In this document: positions 10,665 through 20,135 of the stretch, piece after piece
Layout: each line of letters starts with the position of its first letter
Numbering within the stretch: position 1 is the stretch's first letter
Sequence record: SRR22947725_1630
Direction: 5' to 3' (one strand)
DNA: 50,107 nt
The notes under the pieces: model-generated
What the model saw: the letters and a program-made list of their open reading frames with translations, nothing else
The model's database searches: none
Told to the model about the DNA's origin: nothing
Translations under genes and position numbers: made by a program

Positions 10665-12182
10665 CTACTGATTGTCCTTTTTCCACAGCTCGGCGTCGGC
10701 CTTTTTTTGCTCAGGCGATGTATAATCGGTATTGTTGATGCCCTTGGCTTGTGTGGGGGGAGGAGGGGTGATGCCGGTGGCAAGCATGACCTCATGAATT
10801 GATGCGATGGTTTCGAAAGAAGGTTTGAAGTTGCCAGGACGAAATCCCTCGGCGATGAGCAATGGTGTCCATCCATGTTGATTAGCTTTATTCCAAACTT
10901 CAATATCAGCGCCATGACCTGCCATGAATTCAATGACTCTGGGCAGGTTCTTGTAAGCAGCCGCGTGCATGACAGTTTCTCCTTTTGTGCTCACGGCGTT
11001 GATGTCCATACCTGCCTCCAGCAGCCAATGGACTGTTTCCATTACTTCCTCTTCAGTGCCTGCAACTTCACCTGCAGCGACCGTGCCTAAACCTGCAGCA
11101 GCAATGAGGGGGGTGACTTCGTCCTCGTTTAAGATGTTGGGATCTGCCCCGGATTGGTGGAGCAATTTTAATAAGTTCAGATCAGCTGTTTTCGCCGCCA
11201 TGAGGAATGGAGTAGCCCCTTGCCTGCTGAATTTGCCTGCGCCGCCATGGCCATTTGGGATCCGAATATTCACATCGGCTCCAAGGGAAAGTATATTTTT
11301 TACAAACTCCAAGGAGGTCAAGTTCCCTGAACCATCTGGAGGTGGCAAGCCGTTGACTCCTTCACCGCTATCGGGTTTACGCACCCAGGTGATGGCGTGT
11401 AAGGCTGCATAGCCAGGCCTTAAGTCATCAGGGTCTGCGCCTGCTTTGACGAGTTCAATGGCCAGCTCAAAATGACCATTTTCTACCGCCATCAACAAAG
11501 GGGTCATGCCTGATTGAGGCCCTCGACTGGCTCGACGTTCCGGATCCATGGCTTCATGGATATCGATGCCCGCTTCAATCAAGGTTTGCACCACCTCGTG
11601 ACGCCCTTCACGAATGGCAAAGAACAGGGGAGTGAACCCGCTTTTGAGTGGAGATCTAAAATCTGCACCAGCTTCGATCAGCCACGCGACCACATCCGCA
11701 TGTCCTTCGGCAGAGGCCCACATGATTGCGGTTTGACCTCGACCCTCTCTGGTATTCAGTTCGGCACCCTGATTGGCCAAGGCCTGAACGGATTCCAGGT
11801 TGCCCACTCTGGCAGCCATCATCAAAGCTGATTGCTTTCCGGGGAACATCTGATCAACAGCAGCGCCAGCCTTCAACAAGGTCTTTACGATAGATGCATT
11901 GCCGTTTTGACAGGCAAGCCATAATGGAGTGATTCCATAGTCCGTCATCACGGATGGATTTGCTTTTCCTTCCAGCAGCATCTTCACGCCTTTCAGATCA
12001 TCCTGCAGAGCAGCCTGATGCAATGCGGTCATTCCGTTTGCATCTGTCGCGTTCAAATCCCTCTGTGCTTCAATCAATGATTGCAGCTGTGAGTGATCGG
12101 ATTGCCGGACGGCTTCAAGAGCGGGACTTTGCCCATGCAGGGAAAGTGTCGATACCAGAAAGACGATCAGGAGGTGTTTCAT
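10665..12182 (-). CDS. Secreted ankyrin-repeat protein
   Basis: Signal peptide and about 10 repeats such as GMTALHQAA, GITPLWLAC, GQTAIMWAS, GFTPLFFAI, GMTPLLMAV, GATPFLMAA. Confidence 0.9.
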   Translation of the reverse strand: MKHLLIVFLVSTLSLHGQSPALEAVRQSDHSQLQSLIEAQRDLNATDANGMTALHQAALQDDLKGVKMLLEGKANPSVMTDYGITPLWLACQNGNASIVKTLLKAGAAVDQMFPGKQSALMMAARVGNLESVQALANQGAELNTREGRGQTAIMWASAEGHADVVAWLIEAGADFRSPLKSGFTPLFFAIREGRHEVVQTLIEAGIDIHEAMDPERRASRGPQSGMTPLLMAVENGHFELAIELVKAGADPDDLRPGYAALHAITWVRKPDSGEGVNGLPPPDGSGNLTSLEFVKNILSLGADVNIRIPNGHGGAGKFSRQGATPFLMAAKTADLNLLKLLHQSGADPNILNEDEVTPLIAAAGLGTVAAGEVAGTEEEVMETVHWLLEAGMDINAVSTKGETVMHAAAYKNLPRVIEFMAGHGADIEVWNKANQHGWTPLLIAEGFRPGNFKPSFETIASIHEVMLATGITPPPPTQAKGINNTDYTSPEQKKADAELWKKDNQ

Positions 12183-13522
12183 CAGATTGATAATGGAAAT
12201 AATTCTTCCATCTTGCCTGTGCTGTCAGCGAATGAATCCAGATGCACGCCGGCTTTATCGAGCAGCGTCAGGTGAAGATTCGACAAAGGAGTGGGCTTTT
12301 TGTAACGCACGTGGTGGCCTCCCTTCAGGCCGGTTGCACTGCCACCCGCCACCAGAACTGGCAGGTTGGTGTGGTCATGAATATTGGGGTTGCCTATCCC
12401 GCTTCCATAAAGCAACAAGGTTTGATCCAGTAATGATCCCTCTCCCTCAGGCGTATCCTGCAGCTTTTGCACATACTCTGCGAAGAGGGAGACGTGGAAT
12501 TGGTTGATTTTTGACATTCTCGCGATTTTTTCCGGATCGTTGCCGTGGTGCGACAGTGGATGATGCGGATCAGGTACCCCGATTTCAGGGTAAGTGCGGT
12601 TACTTGTTTCCCTTGCCAACTGGAAGGTGGTGACCCGAGTGACATCTCCTTGAAAGGCGAGTAACTGCAAATCAAACATCAATCGTGCATGCTCGGCATA
12701 GGATTCGGGGACGCCCACCGGTCGGTCCAGGTCCGGAAGCGGATTATCTTCCGTATTTGCCTCTGCCCGCTGGATGCGTCGTTCCACTTCCCTTACGGTT
12801 TCGAGGTAATCATCCATGCGAACGCGATCCTCGGTCCCCAGTTGTCGTTTCAATCGAGCGATGTCGTGATTGAAAGCATCCAGCAAGCTAGCACGCCTGC
12901 GAAGCGCTGACTTCCGCTCTGCGGTCGTTCCTCCGTCGCCGAACAATGCCTCGAATACGATTCGAGGGTGGGCCTCCGCGGGTAAAGGGGTGGTAGGGGT
13001 GGACCATGAAAGGTTGTTCTGGTACACGCAGGCATAACCATTGTCACACTGGCCGACCGTCTGCATCAAATCCATGGACAATTCAAGGGAGGGCAATGGC
13101 GAGGCATGTCCAAAATGCTGGGCGGCTACCTGGTCGACGGTTGTCCCCAGGTAGTAATCGTTTCCTTCCGTATGTCTGGCTTTCGCTGCACTCAGGAAGG
13201 ACGAGTTGGAAGTAGCATGTGAACCTGGATAGGCGTTGGCCAGTTCCATGTTTTGCAATACGTTGATCTGATGTTTGACCGGTTCCAGTGAACTCAAAAT
13301 AGGTGATAACTTTTCGAGCTTACCTTCCTTTTCCGGAAACCATCGGGACTGGTCGCAGCCCATGGGCATGAAAATAAAACCCAGACGTTTGGTTCTGCCG
13401 AGTGATGTTTTTGCGGAAGCCGTTGCCGCGGGTATCATGGCGTCCAGCAAGGGGAGTGCCATGGAAGCTCCCACGCTTCTGAGAAACGTGCGTCGAGGTA
13501 ATGCTTTTTTTGTAATGATCAT
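12182..13522 (-). CDS. DUF1552-domain protein with Tat signal
   Basis: Tat signal PRRTFLR, LPLLDAM, TTVDQVAA, LPSLELS, CDNGYACVY, HHPLSHH, SLLDQTLLLYGSG, NLPVLVAGG. Confidence 0.88.
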   Translation of the reverse strand: MIITKKALPRRTFLRSVGASMALPLLDAMIPAATASAKTSLGRTKRLGFIFMPMGCDQSRWFPEKEGKLEKLSPILSSLEPVKHQINVLQNMELANAYPGSHATSNSSFLSAAKARHTEGNDYYLGTTVDQVAAQHFGHASPLPSLELSMDLMQTVGQCDNGYACVYQNNLSWSTPTTPLPAEAHPRIVFEALFGDGGTTAERKSALRRRASLLDAFNHDIARLKRQLGTEDRVRMDDYLETVREVERRIQRAEANTEDNPLPDLDRPVGVPESYAEHARLMFDLQLLAFQGDVTRVTTFQLARETSNRTYPEIGVPDPHHPLSHHGNDPEKIARMSKINQFHVSLFAEYVQKLQDTPEGEGSLLDQTLLLYGSGIGNPNIHDHTNLPVLVAGGSATGLKGGHHVRYKKPTPLSNLHLTLLDKAGVHLDSFADSTGKMEELFPLSI

Positions 13523-15846
13523 GGTAACGTCTTTCTCATTTGGAACGGCTGACTCCGGACCACTCCAAGGATAATCGAACTCATTCGGAAATCATCCTTT
13601 TCTGCGTGTCGAATGATGCGGCGAACAGCGGGAGCATCATACGTTTCAATGCCTCGGCCCAGGGCGTAGGTCAGCAATTTTTCGGAAAGTGTTTGTACGA
13701 AAAGTTTGGGGCGCCTGAGTATTGCTTCTTCGAGTGCCTCCACCCCCTCAAACTGGCTGCCATCTGAAAATCCCCCTGATGCATCCACAGGGCGCCCATT
13801 TTCCATGTCACGCCAACGACCGACTGCATCAAAATTTTCCAAAACAAACCCAACCGGATCCAGCACGTCATGGCACCTTGCACATGCCGCATTGGCACGA
13901 TGTTCAGCAAACCGCTCCCTGACGGACAAACTTGCATCGACAGATGTTTCCTCAAGTGCGGGTATGTTCGGTGGAGGTGGTGGAGGCGGTGATCCCAGCA
14001 GGTTCCCCAATATCCAGTGCCCCCGGATGACAGGCGAAGTGCGAGTGGCATAGGAAGTCACGGCAAGGATACTTCCGTGTCGAAGAACCCCGCCGCGATG
14101 CATCTCCGGTTTCAAGGCAACCTTTCGGAAATGCGATCCATGAATGCCGGGGACGCTGTAGTGTCTGGCCAGGCGTTCGTTCAGGAAGGTGTAATTACAT
14201 TGCAACAATTCGAGGACACTCCGGTCCTCCTTCAAAATGTGCCCGAAAAGCATTTCAGTTTCTTTTCGTAGCGCCTTTCGCAGATTCTCGTCGAAATCCG
14301 GGAACAAGCGTGCGTCAGGTGTGAACGAGTCGAGATTTCTCAAGTAAAGCCATTGGTCGGCGAAATTGGTTATCAGGCTCTTTGCTCGTGGGTCCCTGAG
14401 CATCCTCTTTGTTTGCCGTGTCAGTTCATCGCCTTTGCTGAGTGCGCCATGTGAGGCCAGATCAAGTAGAGTCTCATCTGGAATGCTGCTCCAAAGGAAA
14501 AAGGAAAGTCGAGTGGCTAATTCCAGATCGGATACCTTGTAGGGAGTGTCGGGCAGCACATCATGTGGTTCGTTTTCAATGCGCAATAGAAACTGAGGGC
14601 TGACCAGGATCGCACTCAAGGCAGTCTCGATGCCTGCCTCGAATCCTTTCTTGGCAGATTCTTGACGATAGAACCTCAGAGGTTGAATCAAATCCTCCGA
14701 TGTGATCGGACGTCGATAGGCGCGGCGCATCAAGTGGGAAAGGATGCGTTTGGCGCATTGATCCTCCTCAGCAGGTGTCTGGGGTTTTTCTATGAATATT
14801 TTTGCCCGGCTTGCCGTTTCTCCGGAACCCTGAATCTGAAAAGGGCCGTTGATGCTTACCTGATAGATGGCAGGACTGAGTCTGGGATGTCGGTGCATGT
14901 TAAAAGCCACCCTGTAAGGTTGACGCTTCCTTTCCAGCAGCGCATCGGAATGATCGGCAAAGGTGACTCCTATCCGACGCAAGCCAGCCTTGACAGGAAC
15001 GCGAATCGACAACCTCCCATCCACGCTGTCGTAATCTCCTTTGGTTTTCGGAGGTCCCACCTTGAAGCGTCGGATACGTTGATCATCCATCAATATATCC
15101 AGTTCATACGAACCATTCAGCCCCTCAATGACTTCATTCCTGTCCCGTGCCAGTCTTACTCGAATTTCGTATTCCGCATCGTGGGTGAACTTGTGGGGGA
15201 TCAACAGTCCTCCACGCGTACCCAGAGGTAGCCCTTCAACATGAGATTCCTGAGTGACATCTGCCGGGATTCGATAAGTCTGGCCGCCCGGTTTGACATG
15301 GCTTGCACCGACTGCCAGTCGGCTGATTTTCTGTGCTGCTGAGATGTAGCGATTCAGGAGGGTAGGGGAAAGGTTGCCGACAGTGATATTATCAAAGCCA
15401 TGACTGGACTCATCCTTTGGCAACAGTGCCTTGGTGTCGACTCGGACGGCAAGGAGGTCCCGGATGGCATTTTGATATTCCGTGCGGGTCAAGCGTCGAA
15501 TGGTCTCGGTCCTGCCGGGGTTGGGATGAAGGGTTGCCCATTGATCGAGCGAAACAGCGAGATCGGAGGTAATTTCTTCAAAAAGATCGTCGCTTGGTCG
15601 TTCATTTCCAATGGGGGGCATTTGCCGTGCATCCATTTTTCGCAAGACTTTCTCCCAGATGCTTCCATGTTCTGCAATCGAACCCTTTTGAGTGCGTTCC
15701 AAATCGAGATTCCCTTTCGTTGAATCACTGTCGTGGCATTCGTAGCAATAAGTCTCAATGAAAGAAGGGGGTATTGGAGATTCGCCTGTAGCGCATTCCC
15801 ATTGAAGGAGGCATGCCAAGCTTAAACTGACGGTTTTTGGATGCAT
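13519..15846 (-). CDS. DUF1592/DUF1588/DUF1587/DUF1585/DUF1595 protein with planctomycete-type cytochrome c domain
   Basis: Heme motifs CYECH and CARCH; RRLTRTEYQNAIRDLL, GFDN, LATRLSFFLWSSIPD, FADQWL, RTSPVIRGHWIL, ENFDAVGRWR. Confidence 0.9.
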   Translation of the reverse strand: MHPKTVSLSLACLLQWECATGESPIPPSFIETYCYECHDSDSTKGNLDLERTQKGSIAEHGSIWEKVLRKMDARQMPPIGNERPSDDLFEEITSDLAVSLDQWATLHPNPGRTETIRRLTRTEYQNAIRDLLAVRVDTKALLPKDESSHGFDNITVGNLSPTLLNRYISAAQKISRLAVGASHVKPGGQTYRIPADVTQESHVEGLPLGTRGGLLIPHKFTHDAEYEIRVRLARDRNEVIEGLNGSYELDILMDDQRIRRFKVGPPKTKGDYDSVDGRLSIRVPVKAGLRRIGVTFADHSDALLERKRQPYRVAFNMHRHPRLSPAIYQVSINGPFQIQGSGETASRAKIFIEKPQTPAEEDQCAKRILSHLMRRAYRRPITSEDLIQPLRFYRQESAKKGFEAGIETALSAILVSPQFLLRIENEPHDVLPDTPYKVSDLELATRLSFFLWSSIPDETLLDLASHGALSKGDELTRQTKRMLRDPRAKSLITNFADQWLYLRNLDSFTPDARLFPDFDENLRKALRKETEMLFGHILKEDRSVLELLQCNYTFLNERLARHYSVPGIHGSHFRKVALKPEMHRGGVLRHGSILAVTSYATRTSPVIRGHWILGNLLGSPPPPPPPNIPALEETSVDASLSVRERFAEHRANAACARCHDVLDPVGFVLENFDAVGRWRDMENGRPVDASGGFSDGSQFEGVEALEEAILRRPKLFVQTLSEKLLTYALGRGIETYDAPAVRRIIRHAEKDDFRMSSIILGVVRSQPFQMRKTLP

Positions 15847-16066
15847 GGTTTATATTAATATAATCAAATACCACGCGCTCACTGTCAATGTTGATGTATG
15901 GGGCGATTTCTTCGGATTGGTCTTCCTTGAATCGTTTCCCAATTAAATACCACTTCATCCGTCTGATCCAAACACATGTGAAAAACGAGAACTTCTGAAT
16001 TTCTTGAAAAAGTATTGGCAATCTCATTGTCTTCGATCATTTTGATTTTGAAGACGTGAGTATTTC

Positions 16067-17623
16067 ATGAGTAAATCTTTTTATCTAACGACAGCCATCG
16101 ATTATGTGAATGGGCATCCTCATTTGGGGCATGCCTACGAAAAAGTAATCACCGATGCCATTTGTCGAGTCCATCAGAGCTTTGGTGAATCCACTTATTT
16201 CCTTACTGGATTGGATGAACATGGACAGAAAGTCCAGAAGGCTGCAATGGAACAAGGCAAGGAAAGCCAAAGTTACTGTGACGAACTGGCTGATAGCTGG
16301 CAATCCTTTGTTGGCGTTTTGGGGCTTTCCAATAATGATTTTATTCGCACGACGCAGGAGCGGCATAAACACGTGGTGCGCACCATCCTCAATAAACTTT
16401 ACAAGGAAGATCATTTTTACAAAGCCACCTACGAGGGTTACTATTCTGCCAAACAGGAAACTTTCCTCACTGAAAAGGACCGTCGTGAAGACGGCTCTTT
16501 CGATGGAATTTATGGAGAGGTGGTTCGTCTTGTCGAAGATAATTATTATTTCAAGCTTGGAAGGCATCAGCAATGGTTGATCGATTACATCGAAGCAAAT
16601 CCTGATTTCGTTTATCCGGATTATCGCCGCAACGAAGTGCTAGGTTTTCTCAAGAACAACAAGCTTGAGGATCTTTGTATTTCTCGGCCCAAGTCACGGC
16701 TCAACTGGGGCATTCCACTACCTTTTGACGAAAATTATGTCACCTACGTTTGGTTTGATGCCCTGACCAATTACGTGACGGTACCGGCTTCCATGGGGGA
16801 TCCCTCCCTGCCTGGTTTTGACATCGAAACGGACTCGCAAGCCAGCCTTTGGCCTGCCGATGTGCATGTGATTGGTAAAGACATTCTGAAATTCCATGCC
16901 GTCTATTGGCCCATCATGCTGAAGGCCGCAGGGATCCCATTGCCCAGACAAGTCTGTGTTCATGGCTGGTGGCAAAAGGATGGTCAAAAAATGAGCAAGA
17001 CCACCGGTAATGTCGTTGACCCCATTGCTGTCATCGATGAATGGGGAATCGATGCTTTTCGGTATTACATGCTGCGTGAACTAGATATAGGTCCCGACGG
17101 CAACTGGACCAATGGCGGTTTTCAAACGCGTTACGCGGCTGAATTGGCCAATGGGATCGGCAATCTGGTCAATCGTTCACTATCGATGTTGAATCGATAC
17201 CGTCAGGGGGCTGTCCCCGCGATCTGCAACGAACTCGAAACAGAGGTAAATGAAGCCTCCAAAGAGGTCATCGAATTGTCCCGTAGCCACAAGCTGCAAG
17301 GCGCCCTGAGGAGAATCTGGGAATTGATTGCCAGAATAAACCAATACATCGACCAGACGGCTCCTTTCAAATTGGCGAAAGATCCAGAGCAATCAGGTCG
17401 ACTGGGGGAGATCCTTTACTCGCTGGTTGAATCATGCCGTGTGATCGCTGTTTTGTTGAATCCCTACTTACCCGGTACATCTCAGAAAATCTATGATCAA
17501 CTCGGTCTTGAGGATAAACCTGATCTGTTCAGGAAATCAGCGTGGGGAGGCATGGCCGCCGATCATGTCATAGGGAAACCCCAGCCTCTGTTTCCAAGAA
17601 AAGATCTTCCTCCTAAAAAGTAG
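16067..17623 (+). CDS. metG: Methionine--tRNA ligase (short form, no C-terminal tRNA-binding domain)
   Basis: FYLTTAIDYVNGHPHLGHAY (HIGH), TGLDEHGQK, YVWFDAL, IGKDILKFH, KMSKT. Confidence 0.96.
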   Translation: MSKSFYLTTAIDYVNGHPHLGHAYEKVITDAICRVHQSFGESTYFLTGLDEHGQKVQKAAMEQGKESQSYCDELADSWQSFVGVLGLSNNDFIRTTQERHKHVVRTILNKLYKEDHFYKATYEGYYSAKQETFLTEKDRREDGSFDGIYGEVVRLVEDNYYFKLGRHQQWLIDYIEANPDFVYPDYRRNEVLGFLKNNKLEDLCISRPKSRLNWGIPLPFDENYVTYVWFDALTNYVTVPASMGDPSLPGFDIETDSQASLWPADVHVIGKDILKFHAVYWPIMLKAAGIPLPRQVCVHGWWQKDGQKMSKTTGNVVDPIAVIDEWGIDAFRYYMLRELDIGPDGNWTNGGFQTRYAAELANGIGNLVNRSLSMLNRYRQGAVPAICNELETEVNEASKEVIELSRSHKLQGALRRIWELIARINQYIDQTAPFKLAKDPEQSGRLGEILYSLVESCRVIAVLLNPYLPGTSQKIYDQLGLEDKPDLFRKSAWGGMAADHVIGKPQPLFPRKDLPPKK

Positions 17624-17685
17624 CTTCAATATCGCATGCGAGCGCCATGATAGAAGCACCTTCTGGTTTCAAGCGGCTCCTGGTC

Positions 17686-18465
17686 CTAAAAGCCATTGAT
17701 TTCATTTGGCGTATCATTGTCTGATATGGGGAAATCGAAGTAAGCATCGGGATACGGCTCGTTTTTCAAAGTGAAGTGCCACCATTCGACCGGATAATTC
17801 CTGAATCCGTGCTTCTCCATCAACGTTTTCAACAGCAGGCGATTGGCTCTTTGCTGGGCAGGGATTCCTTTGAACTCTGTTCCTGCTTCTTTACCGAAGA
17901 AATCGAAAGGTGTTCCCATATCAAGTGGCGACAATTCTCCCCTTTCATTGACCTCGCAAAGGGTCAGATCGATGGTACTCCCTCGGGTATGTCCTGATTT
18001 ATCAGCAATGTAGCCTTTCGGGAAGAGCTCGGACTTTTTCAGATTTGGAAAATATTGATCCTTTTGCTGTTTTGACGTGCCGGATTCCTTGGCCCATTCC
18101 ACAAATGAATCCACAGCCCGTTGGGGACGAAAGGCATCAAAGACGAGTAAAGACAAGTTCATCTGTTGAACCTCCTTTTGCACTTTGCTCAGGGCATTGG
18201 CCGCCTCTTTTGTGATCCAACACTTGCCCTCCTTGTATCCGGTGACCACGTTGCCTGTGAAATTTGATGCCGTACCGTATCGTAACTGGACCTTGATCCC
18301 CGGGATATGTTGGTCAATAACAACGAAATTTTCAGGGCGAACCTCGGTTTCTGAACTCGAGTGTTCTGCTTGTGCGGAGATCAAAAGCGCGAGTCCTGCT
18401 GCCGTAAGCGTAACATGCAGTCGTGGAAGCGCGAAGGTGAACTTTAGCAGGAATGATAATTGCAT
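17686..18465 (-). CDS. ddpX: D-alanyl-D-alanine dipeptidase (M15D, VanX/DdpX type) with N-terminal export signal
   Basis: LRYGTASNFTG, FDAFRPQRA, SGHTRGSTIDLTL, DMGTPFDFF, EWWHF. Confidence 0.9.
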   Translation of the reverse strand: MQLSFLLKFTFALPRLHVTLTAAGLALLISAQAEHSSSETEVRPENFVVIDQHIPGIKVQLRYGTASNFTGNVVTGYKEGKCWITKEAANALSKVQKEVQQMNLSLLVFDAFRPQRAVDSFVEWAKESGTSKQQKDQYFPNLKKSELFPKGYIADKSGHTRGSTIDLTLCEVNERGELSPLDMGTPFDFFGKEAGTEFKGIPAQQRANRLLLKTLMEKHGFRNYPVEWWHFTLKNEPYPDAYFDFPISDNDTPNEINGF

Positions 18466-18650
18466 GATGCTGGAACTGTATTTGAATCTTGCCCGAGGGC
18501 GCAAGTTGATCTTACGCCCGCATGTTTGAATGTTGGTGTGTGGCGTTTCATCAGCCTTCCCGTATGGTAACTTTTAACGCTTAGTTGGCGTGCAACTTGC
18601 TATTTTTAGTAGGATGCAGGTCGTCTCTTGCATCCTGCAACAAAAATGTC

Positions 18651-19892
18651 ATGAAACAACAATCTGAACGTACCTTGATATTGGCGGGAAGCCTGTTTCT
18701 GGTAGGTCTCATCATTGCAGATGTCCTTACTCAGCACCTCAATCAGCTTGAGTTATTCAATGAGGAAACGAAATCTGCGTTGCTGGTTTCCAGTTCCAAT
18801 CATGCAGATGCGCATCCGGCTGCACAAAAAAATAAATACGAAAAGCAGTCGGAAAACAAATTGGATACGCGCTACAGAGACAAAGTCACGACCGATACAG
18901 CGAACACCTCTGCTTCGGGTTTACGAAATTCCAAGAAGCAAAAGACATTCTTAGCCGAGATTACGCCGCCACCGCCAGTCCAGTCCAACAATTCCGCCAA
19001 TGACAATGAACTTCCATTTGATCTGGTAGGATTGGAAGGGAAATATGAATGCGTCACATCCGATATTCCACAAACGCAGTTCCATCTTTTTCACAATGCG
19101 TTAAATCCACACGGCCGCTGGTTCAGGCACTCCAAATTTGGTACATGTTGGATTCCTCAAGAGAGTCAGAAGAACCCTCAATGGCGGCCTTTTCTGAATC
19201 AAGGTAAATGGACCTACACAAATCTTGGGTGGCTCTGGCATTCAGATTATCACTGGGGGGCCTATCCATTTCATTATGGTCGATGGTTTCATACATCAAA
19301 GGGCTGGGCATGGAAGCCGGAGGGAAGCTGGAGCACGGCCTGGGTCACTTGGCGCAATGCGAGTGAATATTGTGGTTGGGCTCCTCTACCCCCGATTCAA
19401 AAGAATCCTCAGCATGCAACTCCCAGCAAAGAAAACTTAAAACCCAATTCCGCTGTTTTTTCGACTCCCTTAAGTGAAAAGTATTTCGTTTTCCTTCCCA
19501 AGAAACATCTGCTCGAAACATCACTGGATGCTAAAATTCTGAATGCCGAAAAGGCGCGCCTGGTATTTCAATATTCCAAGCCTGCCGACAGATTTGCGCG
19601 AGGTAAGGATCAGCGGATTGGTAATCATGGCATCCCTGCGAACAGACTCCTTCCATGGATGCAAACGGGATTGCGAAATCAAGCGGCCGACCAAAAAGTG
19701 TCCGCCGCATATCAAACCAATCATGGCCCCAATGTTTCCTCTCCCAATGCAGGTAGAGCCACATATCAAAAGCGTTTGTGGACTCAATCACCCTCATTGC
19801 AAGGTCCTGCAACTCCTGGCCAGATCCCTGCCAATATTCAATCTACCCCGCAAGGTCGTATGAATAACATGAAACAGGCTGAACAAAAATGA
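18651..19892 (+). CDS. Membrane-anchored DUF6600-like protein with Trp-rich repeats
   Basis: N-terminal TM; LNPHGRW, WRPF..GKWTYT..GWLW.SDY.WGAYPFHYGRW, W..AWVTWR, YCGWAPLPP; low-complexity tail. Confidence 0.75.
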   Translation: MKQQSERTLILAGSLFLVGLIIADVLTQHLNQLELFNEETKSALLVSSSNHADAHPAAQKNKYEKQSENKLDTRYRDKVTTDTANTSASGLRNSKKQKTFLAEITPPPPVQSNNSANDNELPFDLVGLEGKYECVTSDIPQTQFHLFHNALNPHGRWFRHSKFGTCWIPQESQKNPQWRPFLNQGKWTYTNLGWLWHSDYHWGAYPFHYGRWFHTSKGWAWKPEGSWSTAWVTWRNASEYCGWAPLPPIQKNPQHATPSKENLKPNSAVFSTPLSEKYFVFLPKKHLLETSLDAKILNAEKARLVFQYSKPADRFARGKDQRIGNHGIPANRLLPWMQTGLRNQAADQKVSAAYQTNHGPNVSSPNAGRATYQKRLWTQSPSLQGPATPGQIPANIQSTPQGRMNNMKQAEQK

Positions 19893-20135
19893 AGCGTCCA
19901 ACAGTTCCCGACAAGTTTCATATGCCGCTCAAGGACCCACAACTCAGGTAAAAGTCAACATTGATTACCCACGCGGAGTCGTAATTCACATAGGAACGCT
20001 CCACGCTGCTCAGTCCTCTAATGCCTGTGTTTCGATCCACTCAGAGGACATCAGGCTATTGATGATCATTTGGAGGCAATTAGGAATTTCAGAAACCCTA
20101 TAAATCGAGGATTGTTTTCCTGAGGCGGTAAGGTT

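Noticed and set aside
15755-16027. 90-aa ORF upstream of the DUF1592 gene
   Set aside because: It overlaps the DUF1592 start out of frame, spans the divergent promoter region and has no motif.
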